Part shown: one piece after another, positions 26,535 through 38,289 of the stretch
How positions within the stretch are numbered: the first letter of the stretch is position 1
Layout: every line of letters begins with the position of its first letter
Source of the DNA: Convolutriloba macropyga
Taxonomy: Eukaryota
DNA: 64,000 nucleotides
Direction of reading: 5' to 3'
Assembly (NCBI RefSeq): GCF_964194025.1
Contig: NC_134478.1
Location: 6,076,001-6,140,000 of the forward strand
The notes under the pieces: model-generated
Told to the model about the DNA's origin: nothing
The model's input: only the letters and a program-made list of their open reading frames with translations
The model's database searches: none
Position numbers and translations under genes: made by a program

Positions 26535-29208
26535 AACAAAGAGGATCGGTAATGTGTGTTTGCACAATGTTCCTACCCAGCTCATTCACATTCCTGACTT
26601 AATTGGCTACCAAATGATGAAGAGATAGAAAACGTTTAAAAACATACATATCTTTCAACTGACCACTGATGGAATAAGAAAGCGTCAATTTAGAGGGCCG
26701 ACAAAACTCATTGCTAATAGGGCTACTAGAGAAGACTACGGAAAAAGTCAAAAATCAAAAATTATTTACGACCAAAAACCCAATGTATATATTTAAAAAA
26801 CCCCTAACAAACAATGAGATCATATAAAACCCGAACTGAATAAGTTAACCTGTACTTCATTAGGTAAGATTTGAGATCGGTCAATAAAGTACTAGTACTA
26901 GTAGAGACTCGGTAACAGGTCGGCTAAAATAGCAATCAGCGCGAAATTCAAAAACTAGCTTTCTACTTTTGAAAACAACCAAATTCATGTCGATCAGAAT
27001 CAATACCTAACAACTCGACTTATTAACGAGGTTAGTGTACACCTCATAGAAATCAATTGAGAACTGTCTTTATCCAATATACATCAGCCTACAACAAAGA
27101 GATCGGTAAAGACAAAAGGCAAAATCAATTAAATTTAACGAGAAAGCGGTGTCGGAACCGTTAAAAACATCAGCTATTCGTGGAAAACTTCATATATTGT
27201 CGATTTCACAATTGTTCAACGCTAGATTGGAAATTATATTAGTGTGATAATGTTGCAAGAAAACATAAAAAAAACTCAGAAGTTGGCGAACGTCCAAAAA
27301 TCACAATTCGCTTACAAAATTGTGTAGTATTAAAGCCAAGAAACTCTTAGTCGAAAAAAAAACATTATAAACAATGAATTTTTGCTCATTGGAGAAGGTA
27401 TGCAACTTGTCTTTACAGAGATGAAGCTAAAAAATTGACAGAATTTAGAGAGATCACAAAAATCGCAAACAAACCATAGGCTTTCAACTTAAAACAAAAA
27501 CACATTAACTGGCAACTGTCCAGGAAGCTACGAACATACGAACATACAGAATACGAACAGAACTCAAAAATTCACAAACAATTTCTTTGAAGACAGTGTT
27601 GAAACATTAAAACTATAAGACATTTAAAATATTTAAAAAATTGAATACAATAGTTGACATTTTTGCTGGCTATTCTTTTGATTTTATACGTCTTCATTCG
27701 AAAGGATTCTTATGAAACAGACAAGATAAATAACCACAAAAATTTACCAGTATCGAAAACTTACGAATTTCCTATAAAAAAAATTCTAAGCATTAAAGAC
27801 GTGAGTCAAGCCATAATCAACAGCGTAAAATTTGTGTAGACCAACAGAAAATTGATGAGCTCTGACAATAACAAAATAACGTCACTTTTGACGGCAATGA
27901 GTACAAAATATCCAGAGTACAAAATTTTTTTGCTTTAAAAAAGAAAATCAAATGAAAGTCCTGAAAACCGCGAGCTATAAACTGTAACAGTTAAATATGT
28001 TCGTTTGACCATCCATAGAAAGATTGAGGCTTTTGGTTGTCAAGAATATGTCGTACAAAAACCAAACCACGACAGTTAGAAGCAAAAAACCAAAAAAAAT
28101 TAATGAAATCTGCGAGGTAAAAGTTTCGCGGCCGTAAAATTTGTAAGCTATTCTCGAGAAATGTGTAAATAATTATTTTGCGCTTTTTTTATGCCAATTT
28201 CTATAAATATCCTTTAAAAAATTTGAAAAGGGAACACTTTACTACCTCGACTATAGGCAATTTTTCAAAAATTACGAAACTGTTATGAAGTTACGCTAAG
28301 AAAGCCGAGAAACCACTAGTTATAAATTAAAAAACAAATTCTAACATCACATGAAAAAGGTCGTTCCCTGCATATATTGAACTTTATCTACATGTGGACA
28401 GAAATAAGATTTGCAAAATTTTCAAAACTTTCAAACTTTGCTAAAATCTTCCTAAAACAAATATTTTCAATGTCCTAATAATCCAAGATGTGTCCTCTTC
28501 AAGCCAACATTTTGCTGCGCTTTCGGCAAAAACAATTAATTATTCCATACGTTTGCAAAAAGAGCAATTAGAAACTGAAAGATTTCAATGAATTAAAAAT
28601 AAATGATGCATGTTGTAAAATTCTTGAGTTACAATTTCGAAAAACCGACAAAATTTTAACTCCAAAGGACCCCTATAGGAAACCAATTCGCAGTTAACTT
28701 TTTTTGCAGGTTTCAGATGTTTTGACAGCTGATTTTAGGTCTGTATTTCCGGTATAATTATACAAAAAGGTATAAAAAACGTATTTGGAGCCATTTTTGA
28801 TTAAAAAATGTCTGAAATTCGACAGATTCAATCAAAAAATATTAACCAAAAGACCCGCATAAAACAAATCAATAGGAATTCTTTATTCATAAAAATAAAA
28901 CCAATAACATTGTTGCTGGACATTTTAACAAATTTTTGCAAAAAGACGAAAATTTGATCTAAAATTGTGAATTTGGTAGGAAAATGTGAATAAAAACAAA
29001 AGTATTCCGACTATATTCTCACAATTTTAAACCTCGATACCTCCTTGTGAAAAAAAAAATAGTTTAATTTCCATGCTCTATGCTGGATGGGCTTTCTGAC
29101 GATACCAGTCTCAAATCTCTACGATGAATATATCGATCGGTCAAAATTGACTGAACAAAAAAAACCCATTGGAGTATATAGTTCCTCCCCCCACAAGTGG
29201 GTCGGAAC
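26535..29208 (-). mobile_element. Helentron/Helitron2-like non-autonomous element, copy 5 (inverted, strongly diverged)
   Basis: The reverse complement from 29208 reads GTTCCGACCCACTTGTGGGGGGAGGAACTATATACTCC. The other end (26535-26590, aacaaagaggatcggtaatgtgtgtttgcacaatgttcctaccc) matches the inverted 3' terminus. The KNKxCML...KNRQNFN segment near 28600 matches the cargo C-terminus. Confidence 0.75.
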
Positions 29209-29759
29209 AAAGAAAATTTCAATAATTGCAGTTTTTTTGGTAAACATTTTTGAGCAATATTGGAGCCACATTGCAGTTCAATATGTCAGTTTGCTCAAAT
29301 TCTGACCGAAATTTTCAAAAACTTATAAACATATTCCTATTTCTAATATATACGCCAACTTAAGGCATTTCTGATGGTTTTAAAGACCAATATTCTTTTA
29401 GTTTGCCCTGTTTTTGTATAGATTCCAATACACATAAAAATATTGCAGTTTTTATGAATTAATGTGCAAGAAGATTTTTAAGAAGATGGTCAGCCTTTTT
29501 TTTCAGTCATTTCACACATTTTTGTTATTTCAGTGTGGACCATTGCAAGATTTTGACAAAATGAGAAGAAATGTTTTGTCTGTGCAAGGTTTAATTTTCA
29601 TTAAGTTTTGAGAAAAAATGAAAAAGATAAGTGCAAGTAATTTCTGAGAACTCGGTTAGATGCTGATAGTTTTGATTTACATACATCATACCTACATTAC
29701 AGAAGCTCAAATTAGACGCAGCTTTTTTAAATTGCTTATTTAAAAGCAGGGTCACTGTT

Positions 29760-30400
29760 TTGTTGAAAAAATAATATAAGAATTGCGTTGAATAGCACCG
29801 AAAAATTTTTTCAACCGCAAAGTGCCCAAATTTCTAGCGGAGAAACCGGTGAATTTTTAAGATTTGTTTTTTTTAGGTGAATTTTTGTCAAATTTGCGGT
29901 TTTTAGAGATAAAAATTTTGGTGTCAACAAATTCACTGGAATTATTACGAAAATTAAAATGACGTACACGGTTTCGAACCTCTGTCAATCCCTTTTTCTT
30001 CCGTGCCACTTGTCTTAGATTTTCTTTCATATTACTTTTGAATTTAAATCAGATTCACTCCCTTTTGTGGAAAACACATACGTTAAAATTTTGCAATCTT
30101 TGCTGTTTTTAGCTGTGAGCTATTGTAAGAGCAGCTATATTTAGCGGTGAAGTTCATCGCCACCAACAGGAAGCGGCTAAAAAAAAATTTCAGCGCTGAA
30201 AACAGCATATATTACTAAAACTTTTACAAAACTATTACCAAAAAAATTTACAGCAATTATTACTGGTGAATTGACATAACATAATCAATTTTTAGCGGTG
30301 AAATTAATTTTTTTCACGACATTCACCGCATTAAGCGCTGAAAATTTACCACATTAAAATTTTTACCACGCTGAAAATTTTTACCGCATTTACGGCAATT
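29760..30400. repeat. Degenerate MITE-like repeat (TTAGCGGTGAA / CAGCGCTGAAA motifs in both orientations)
   Basis: Recurrent short motifs occur in direct and inverted orientation. The boundaries are uncertain. Confidence 0.35.
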
Positions 30401-30634
30401 CTAACTTTTTATTGTCATGAAACCTCGACCCGGGGCCGCCGCTTTCGTAGCAGCTTGCTTAAAACATACAGGTGGTGGGCCTGCAATATCATGTCAGATA
30501 TTGTTATATGACCCAAACACTGAATTCTGTCAACTGCGATTGTGGGAACATTCTTTGCCACGCACAGAATCATGCGAGTCTCATTGTTCAAATAAATATT
30601 ATTTTGAATTTATAATTTTCAACATCAAATACAT

Positions 30635-31464
30635 TTATAATAGGCTGTTAATTGATATAATAGGTTTATTCCAATCAATCGGAGGCAACTTTTTCGTCTC
30701 AAAATCTTCTGCGTCATTTGCATTTTGAGATTTTGGTACCGGGTACCCATTTCGGGCTCTCTGTTCACGCTTGTACTCTTCCAAACCGTGAAGTCTTTTG
30801 ATGAAACCAAATGCCTTGAACTCATTTTCTCTTGTCAGACTATCCAACTCTGCTGAAATCTCTTCGCACAGATATACCACGCAATCAGCAAACTATAAAA
30901 CAGAAAAAACTCGTTAATTAGTTAATTATTTTTTTACTTTAAAAGATGCAGATGTTTGTTTCTCTTTAAAACTTCGTTATTTTTGTAAGCACCCTGGCCT
31001 ATTTGATTAAGAATCTCACAAGAAAGGCGTTAAGAATTTAACCAGGGCAGTGCATGCCAATAATTTTCAATCTAAGATAACATTCCTTTCGCATCAGAAA
31101 ATTCCATAAAATTGTGATTTGAAGTGATGTAAGACTTAGTAATTCAGTTAAATTATTTGACTTCAAATTGTCGTGGTAATCTTAAATTAAATATGAAGAG
31201 CTGGTACAGAATTACAAAATAGGAAACCAATGTCTTCTCTGTAATCATTTATGTTAGCATGCTGTTAACCTTTAAGACGCCTTCGATCAGCTCGCTATCC
31301 TCGACTGAGATTGCTAGGGGGCGTGAAATGAGCAGTTTGTTCACGTTCAGAGGAAGAGAGGTGAATGATGCTCTCTCTTTTGTGTGATCAAACCTTACTC
31401 TAGGACGCGAGTAGTCGACCGAATTGTTAAGAAGGGAGTATGGGTTGACAGATTGATCCGGGTC
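30635..31464 (-). CDS. Partial gene of unknown function; candidate exons 31270-31464 and 30635-30892
   Basis: Two ORF pieces join in frame at phase 0 through aag|gttaac ... ttttatag|TTT (…SELIEGVLK|FADCVVYLCEEISAELD…). No upstream exon or start codon was resolved and no domain is recognisable. Confidence 0.45.
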
Positions 31465-34264
31465 TAAACACAAATTTTAATCACATTCTTAACAACTCTT
31501 TGCAATCTAGTCTATTTAATTACCAAAATGAACCCAAAATTAGTCTTTCGAAGAACTTTTAAATTTCGTAATTTCCAATTTCAAAGCATGCAAGTACAAA
31601 AAAATCTTGCTTATAAGTGAAAACATACCAAGTTTTTTCTCTCTAATTTTTACCGAAAACCAACTCAATAGTCTTTGCACTCCAATATATCAATTGAAAT
31701 AATCAATTCGAAATGAGCTCTCACGCAATGGGTCACCAAAAATAGTTTGCAAGAACTCAATTATGAGATGGAAAAAACTCCAGCCCTGATGAAAGCCATC
31801 GCTTTTAGACCCCAATTTTGCAGCTAAAAAGCACTAATAAACCTGGAATCAAGATCTAAGGTGAGGAGTTTCTCCTGCAAGAAGTCATTGTACGGGTTTC
31901 GTTCATTTTTTCATACTTGTGTTCACGCATAATCAGACCTTCTTAAAGCTGTAAAGTACAACGTGTTAGAATATGATTAAAAAGTAGAGCAAACTTCTCG
32001 GAAAAAATTCTTTGACGCCCTAAACAAGCTTTTTGCAGAAACTAATCGAAAGACCATATGAAAGTTGGGAAGAGAATTGCTTCGTTTGTTTTCCAAACTA
32101 ATTTAGGGCTGACGCTTACATCAAAACAACCGACGCAACTACTAAATAATAAACTATTCCAACGACAAATTTTGTTTTCAAAGAGACGTAGATTGAGGTA
32201 TGTGTTTGTTGTCAGCGTGATATTTTGCCAAAACATTTAAATAAAAAACGCAAAACTGATACTTTAGGAAACTAAATTAAATATTCGAAGAAATAAATTT
32301 GAAGAGCGTTCTGAAACCTTTTGAAAATTTCAGATCTGTCCGGGGCGCAAGCCAAATTATTTTATATCAAATATGTTCTATCATACACTTAGACCCTCAA
32401 TTAACCGCAAAATAAGCAGCCGTGTTTAGGAATAGTGAAAATTTGTTTAGAATAGCAGCAGAAGTCACTGTGTATAATGGTGCAACGTTTTTCGAACAAA
32501 TGGATTATTATGGTGCAAAAAAATTCGGACTAGGGAGAAGTAATGTCGTATCTTACAACCGCGTTTATTTTGGGACATATTTAATTTTGTAAATTAGTGA
32601 AATTTAGATCATTTAAAATTAAGGAATTCAAGCATGTAAGCATGAAAGAGTCAGTCGAAAAGTGAAGTTGGAAGAATGTTCTAGAACAAAAGCGTTAAAG
32701 TGATCAAGCAATAATTTTGCATAAAAACGACACACACGTTTACACAATTGCTTGAAACTTCGTTCGAGAAAATTTAAATTATTAAGTGTGTTGTGATTAG
32801 TTTAAAAGCTCACGTAATTTATGTGTTAATGATCATATCCAATCCATTAATGAGTAATATTAAATTGGACATGAAATAAATTATAGTTTTAACCAGCATT
32901 ACTTGTTAAAAAAACTGTTTTCAGAGGTTTGAAAAATCGACATAGCAAAAGCCAGTCTATTAAGTTGAGGTTGTTTATGTTAAAATTTCAAGCAATAATG
33001 TGATAAATTTTCGTCGATTTCAGTGCATTAACTGACAGTGCATCATCTGATACAAAAACGATTTCAAGGTGAAAATAATTTGTGGTACTGTTTCTACTGG
33101 CCAATACGCAAATAGTAAATGGAAACGTATGGTGATCGGGAACTTTTGGCTGAGAATAATTCACTGTTGTCTGCTACTAAAAGTTTTAAATTAAATTGTT
33201 CTTTCAGTTAAGAATTTGCTGTTCATAGGATATTGGAAGTTCTGAGTTTCTCACAAGTGTTTTTTGAGCGTGCTTGCTCAGTGACAGGTTGGTAAAAATA
33301 CTCGAAAGGATTTAAAGAAAAGTTTATATGTATATAAAAATATGAATTATTGACATATTTTTGACAAAGCCTTCAATGCAAAAAGTCTCTATTTCGCTCA
33401 AAAATATTTCCAAGTTTCCTAATCTAATCAAATTCAGTGAAATGAGAACTCATTGTTGTCACTTTTGTATAATAATCAGCGAACGCGCTCAACTTTTTCA
33501 ATGATAAAATTAAAAAAAACTCAAGGGTTGAAATCAAATTTATGCCGATAGAAAAAAAACGTTTCTAGAAACTTTTAAAAAAATCAAGGGCAGAAAACCA
33601 GGATATAAAATAATATATATGTACTTTTCAATATAATCTTAGTTTTAGAAAAATTGTTCCAAGCATAAGTTGAAACTCAAAATTTAAAAATCCGCACACT
33701 TGAACAACAAAATTTCCCTAGGACATCAAAAACCTAATTGGAAATCAAAGAAAAGATAGCGCTTCAATTTATTCGTACCAATCGAAAATAAATATTTTTG
33801 AAGAAAATTTGACAATCATCCCAAAGTGCAGAAAACCGGCTAATAAAAGTGCTGCCCGGGTTGGGCTCCCAGTGAATCCCATCGATGGATCATTTTCCTA
33901 AAAGTCCATCGATGTTTCATCGATGGATCATTACCACTTTGTCGCTGATCATAGAAATTCCATTGATGGGATTTCACTGGGTCATTGAAAAACCATCATT
34001 TCCTCAACATGTTTTTAGCATTCAATTAAAACCTATTTCCTTCATTGGACGAGAAATATTAACCTCATTAACTAAAAAAAAACTCTTAAAAATTCAAATG
34101 TTTTAGCAAGCTTTGGCTCTGAAAATACGGCTAGATCAATGGTAGGTGGTGTCGATTGACGGTTATCAACGGGAAAATTTAATAGAGCAAAAAACGATCA
34201 GCAAAACTCTGTCGAAAATCTCATTTGTGCCATTATTTATCACCCTTTTTCAATGTTATCAAAT

Positions 34265-35221
34265 TTAAACTCGGTTATATGAGTTAATTGCATAGAAACC
34301 CAAACCATAAAGATGCGATATTTTGGAATGCACATCCAAGAACTGGTCCCTCTCATCCAGGGCTCTAAACATGACGTCACTGTGGTCTCTCTGGTTAGCT
34401 GTTTGGTCACAATTATCCCTGTAGAACCTTGCCACCCATTTGAGGTCAAGAGATGGTTTGACGAACTCATTAGCTGCTTTCAAGTAACGGTTGAGGTTGA
34501 ATAGATCCGCGTATCTGATGTCACGTATTGCAATTGATGATTCTGTTATGACTTGTTTTAGAAGAGCGGCACTTGAGTCGTAAAGTTTGATCCAAGTGTC
34601 CATAATTTTCCTGTTTTTTTTTAAAAAAAAAAATGATCATAACACATATTATTTGAAACTTTTTTTGACAACTTCAATTTGCTTTTTCCTCAATTTCATT
34701 CAGAGCTTCTTTGAACTTAGAAAACTATATCGAAACAATTCGTTCACTATAGTTTCATTCAGATATAGATGGTTAAAATTGGAGTTATATTACTCATTTT
34801 TGAATATCTTTTTTTCGCAAGATAACCACTTTTGCAAGATTATTGCAAGATAACCATCCGGTCTTGACTGGGGTAAGCCGAAACAGAATCCCCACCCCTG
34901 GCATATCTCTCCATAACAGTTATTTCTGCAACTTTATAATAGCATATATAAATTTTATTGTATAGCAAATGACCTTGTAAGAGACCAAATGACAAAATGC
35001 TCTCTGATAATTTTGACATTTATGTAATTTTTAGTCATATCTTACCATGATTTGGGTCTCTTGAAATTGAGCCAGTATATGAACTGTCTCATGTCTTCCG
35101 GGTGTATGAGGGGAAAGTTAAACCAAGCTCTGTCGCACAGAATTCGAACAACAGTCGGCGCCTTTCGTCTGAAGACTTCCGAACGTAGTTTGACTTCGGA
35201 TATGGCTCGTCTGTGGTCCAT
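34265..35221 (-). CDS. Orphan 173-aa protein, paralog A (exons 35046-35221, 34265-34610)
   Basis: ATG at 35221, donor TG|GTAAG and acceptor AACAG|G join in frame: MDHRRAISEVKLRSEVFRRKAPTVVRILCDRAWFNFPLIHPEDMRQFIYWLNFKRPKSWKIMDTWIKL... Many differences from paralog B are synonymous. Confidence 0.75.
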
Positions 35222-36031
35222 TTTGACTCGGATTGAATAGAGCTGTGATCAATTTTGGAACAAAATCAACAAAGTAGTGTTTAACAACAAAAAGGCAAGG
35301 AATTGATTTGTTAAAATAACAGCAATAACAATAACTATACCAAAAAATGGGTACCTATGATGTTATTTGCATGTTTTGGAAAAGCCGCTTTCTTCATGGA
35401 AGCTGAAAATCGTGAGAGCAATAAATGAGAAAAAAGGTTATTGGTTAACCTATTTTTAAGATTTTCATTTACATGGGGTTAAAAACTGATCAAAGATGTG
35501 TTTCGTGGCTTTTTAGTTTATGATCAAAAAAGGTATGAAAAATCGTTATAGTTATAGCATGCATTTATAGAGAACTACGTATGAGAGACATTAGCTTTAA
35601 AGTACATATGAATATATTGTAAAAACAAGTGAACAAATTTTATTACTCACTCGAAGTTCTTACTGCTCTATGCAAACTATGTAAAACATCAACTTAAAAG
35701 AGAAGCAAATTACATTTGCGTAACAATGAACAAACTGCTTTTTTAAAACCAAGAACCTAAAATATGAAAATTTTCTTCGAAATATTTTAAAGTTTTCTTT
35801 TTTTGAAACATGTAAATTACTCACCCTATAACCCTAAGGTTAGATATCTACATGCTCTAATCTTTAGCAAGCTTTGGCTCTGAAAATACGGCTAGATCAA
35901 TGGTAGGTGGTGTCGATTGACGGTTATCAACGGGAAACTTTAATACAGCAAAAAACGATCAGCAAATTTCTGCCGAAAATCTTATTTGTGTCATAACTTG
36001 TCATCACCTTTCAATGTGATCAACCTTAGAC

Positions 36032-37367
36032 TCAGTTATATGAGTTAATTGGATAGAAACCCAAACCATAAAGATGCGATATTTTGGAATGCACATCCAA
36101 GAACTGGTCCCTCTCATCCAGGGCTCTAAACATGACGTCACTATGGTCTCTCTGGTTCGCTGTTTGGTCACAATTATCCCTGTAGAACTGTGCCACCCAC
36201 TTGAGGTCAAGAGAGGGTTTGACGAACTCATTAGCTGCTTTTAAGTAACGGTTGAGGTTGAACAGATCCGCGTATTTGATGTCACGTATTGCAATTGATG
36301 ATTCAGATATGACCTGTTTTAGAAGAGCTGCACTTGAGTCGTAAAGTTTGATCCAATTCTCCATTATTTTCCTGTTTTTTTTTTAAAAAATAGATCATAA
36401 CACCAATTATTTAAAACTTTTTTTGACAACTTCAATTTATTTTTGCCTAAATTTCATTCAGAGCTTCTTTGAACTTAAAAAACTATATCAAAACAATTCG
36501 TTCACTATAGTTTATTTCAGATATAGATGGTTGATATTGGAGTTATATTACTCATTTTTGAATATGTTTTATCGCAAGAATTTTGCAAGATAACCATTTT
36601 TCGCAAGTTTTTTTGCAAGATAACCATCCGGTCTTGACTGGGGTAAGCCGAAACAGAATACCCACCCCTCGCATATCTCTCCATAACAGTTATTATCGGA
36701 ACTTTATAACGGTATAAATAAATTTTAATTTATAGGCTCACTTTGTAAGAGACAAAACGACTTAAATGCTCTCTGATAATTTTGACATTTGTGTAATTTT
36801 TTGTCATATATATTTTTTGAAACATGTAAATTACTCAGACTATAACCCTAAGGTTAGATATCTACATGCTTTAAAATGTTAAATTAATTAATCAGCATTG
36901 TTATTAATATAATAATCTTCAAATTGTGGCTGTTCGTTTTCATAGGTAAACATAGGATTTGAAGGCTCCAATTTGTCTATTAACGGGTACTTTTTTGTGT
37001 TGATCGAGCAAAAACTCGGTTAAAATATTTTTAAAGCAAGTTTTACTGTTAAAAGTTCTTATTGAAGAGGGCAATTTGTTCCATTTTTGAGCGCTTTTCA
37101 AGATCAAAGATTTGTTACTCCACTTCGTTTTCGTTTTCTTTTTTATGATAATTAGTTTTGTTTTCTTGTTCTGTCTAGCGTTATATCTTACCATGATTTG
37201 GGTCTCTTGAAATTGAGCCAGTATATGAACTGTCTCATGTCTTCCGGGTGTATGAGGGGAAAGTTAAACCAAGCTCTGTCGCACAGAATACGAACAACAG
37301 TCGGCGCCTTTCGTCTGAAGACTTCCGAACGTAGTTTGACTTCGGATATGGCTCGTCTGTGGTCCAT
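36032..37367 (-). CDS. Orphan 171-aa protein, paralog B (exons 37192-37367, 36032-36371)
   Basis: Same structure and splice phases as paralog A. A CGA>TGA change shortens the C-terminus by two residues. Confidence 0.75.
36810..37183 (-). mobile_element. 5'-truncated LINE insertion in the intron of paralog B
   Basis: It encodes the RT C-terminus KWNKLPSSIRTFNSKTCFKNIL...GAFKSYVYL and is absent from the paralog A intron. It sits a few bases inside the GTAAG donor with a possible ATAT duplication. Confidence 0.8.
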
Positions 37368-38139
37368 TTTGACTCGGATTGAATAGAGTTGTGATCAATT
37401 TTGGAACAAAATCAACAAAGTAGTGTATAACAACAAAAAAGGCAAGGAATTGATTTGTTAAAATAACAGCAATAACAATAACTATACCAAAAAATGGGTA
37501 CCTATGATGTTATTTGCATGTTTTGGAAAAGCCGCTTTCATCATGGAAGCTGAAAATCATGAGAGCAATAAATGAGAAAAAAGGTTATTGGTTAACCTAT
37601 TTTTAAGATTTTCATTTACATGGGGTTAAAATCTGATCAAAGATGTGTTTCGTGGCTTTTTAGTTTATGATCAAAGAAGGTACAAAAAATCGTTATATTT
37701 TTAGCATGTATTTATAGAGACCTACGTATGAGAGACATTAGCTTTAAAGTACATATGAATATATTGTAAAAACAAGTGAACAAATTTTATTAATCACACG
37801 AAGTTATTACTACTCTATGCAAACTATGTAAAACATCAACTTAAAAGAGAAGCAAATTACATTTGCGTAACAATGAACAAACAACTTTTTTAAAACCAAG
37901 AAGTTAAAATATGAATTTTTTTTCGAAATATTTGTAGTTGAACGACAAAAACAAGTTACTTGATACGGTTGTGACAGTTTAAAGTTTGTCTGTGATAGTT
38001 TTGGATGCGGTTTTCTAACACATTTTCAGATATCAGTCGACTTATCCCAATGTCATTTTAGTGATACGAGTTTTCTTTAAATTCGTCAATCAACCTTAAT
38101 TCAATCGTCTTTGATTTTGCTCAAAGTTTTGTAGCGATT

Positions 38140-38280
38140 GTTCTCCCCCGTTTCAAAATACCCCCCACCTTGATTACTCCCAAGTTGATGTAAGAAGAGT
38201 AGGGAAGTAATTGTCTATGGGGGTAAAACGATGTAAGATTAGGGGGGTAATGGGGGTAATGGAGGGTAATGGGGAATTTT
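38140..38280. repeat. G-run/C-run repeat (GGGGTAAAACGATGTAAGAT, GGTAATGGGG), related to 42470-43070
   Basis: It shares motifs with the larger element at 42470-43070. Confidence 0.55.
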
Positions 38281-38289
38281 TTTAAATCT

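Larger units (their letters stand above)
34104..37930. repeat. Tandem segmental duplication (unit A ~34104-35790, unit B ~35863-37930)
   Basis: Both units start tttagcaagctttggctctgaaaatacggctagatc and share exons, intron and upstream region. Unit B is longer by a ~370-bp LINE insertion. Confidence 0.92.

Noticed and set aside
35052-35240. Identical 62-aa plus-strand ORFs (also 37198-37386)
   Set aside because: They are antisense shadows of exon 1 of the minus-strand orphan genes.
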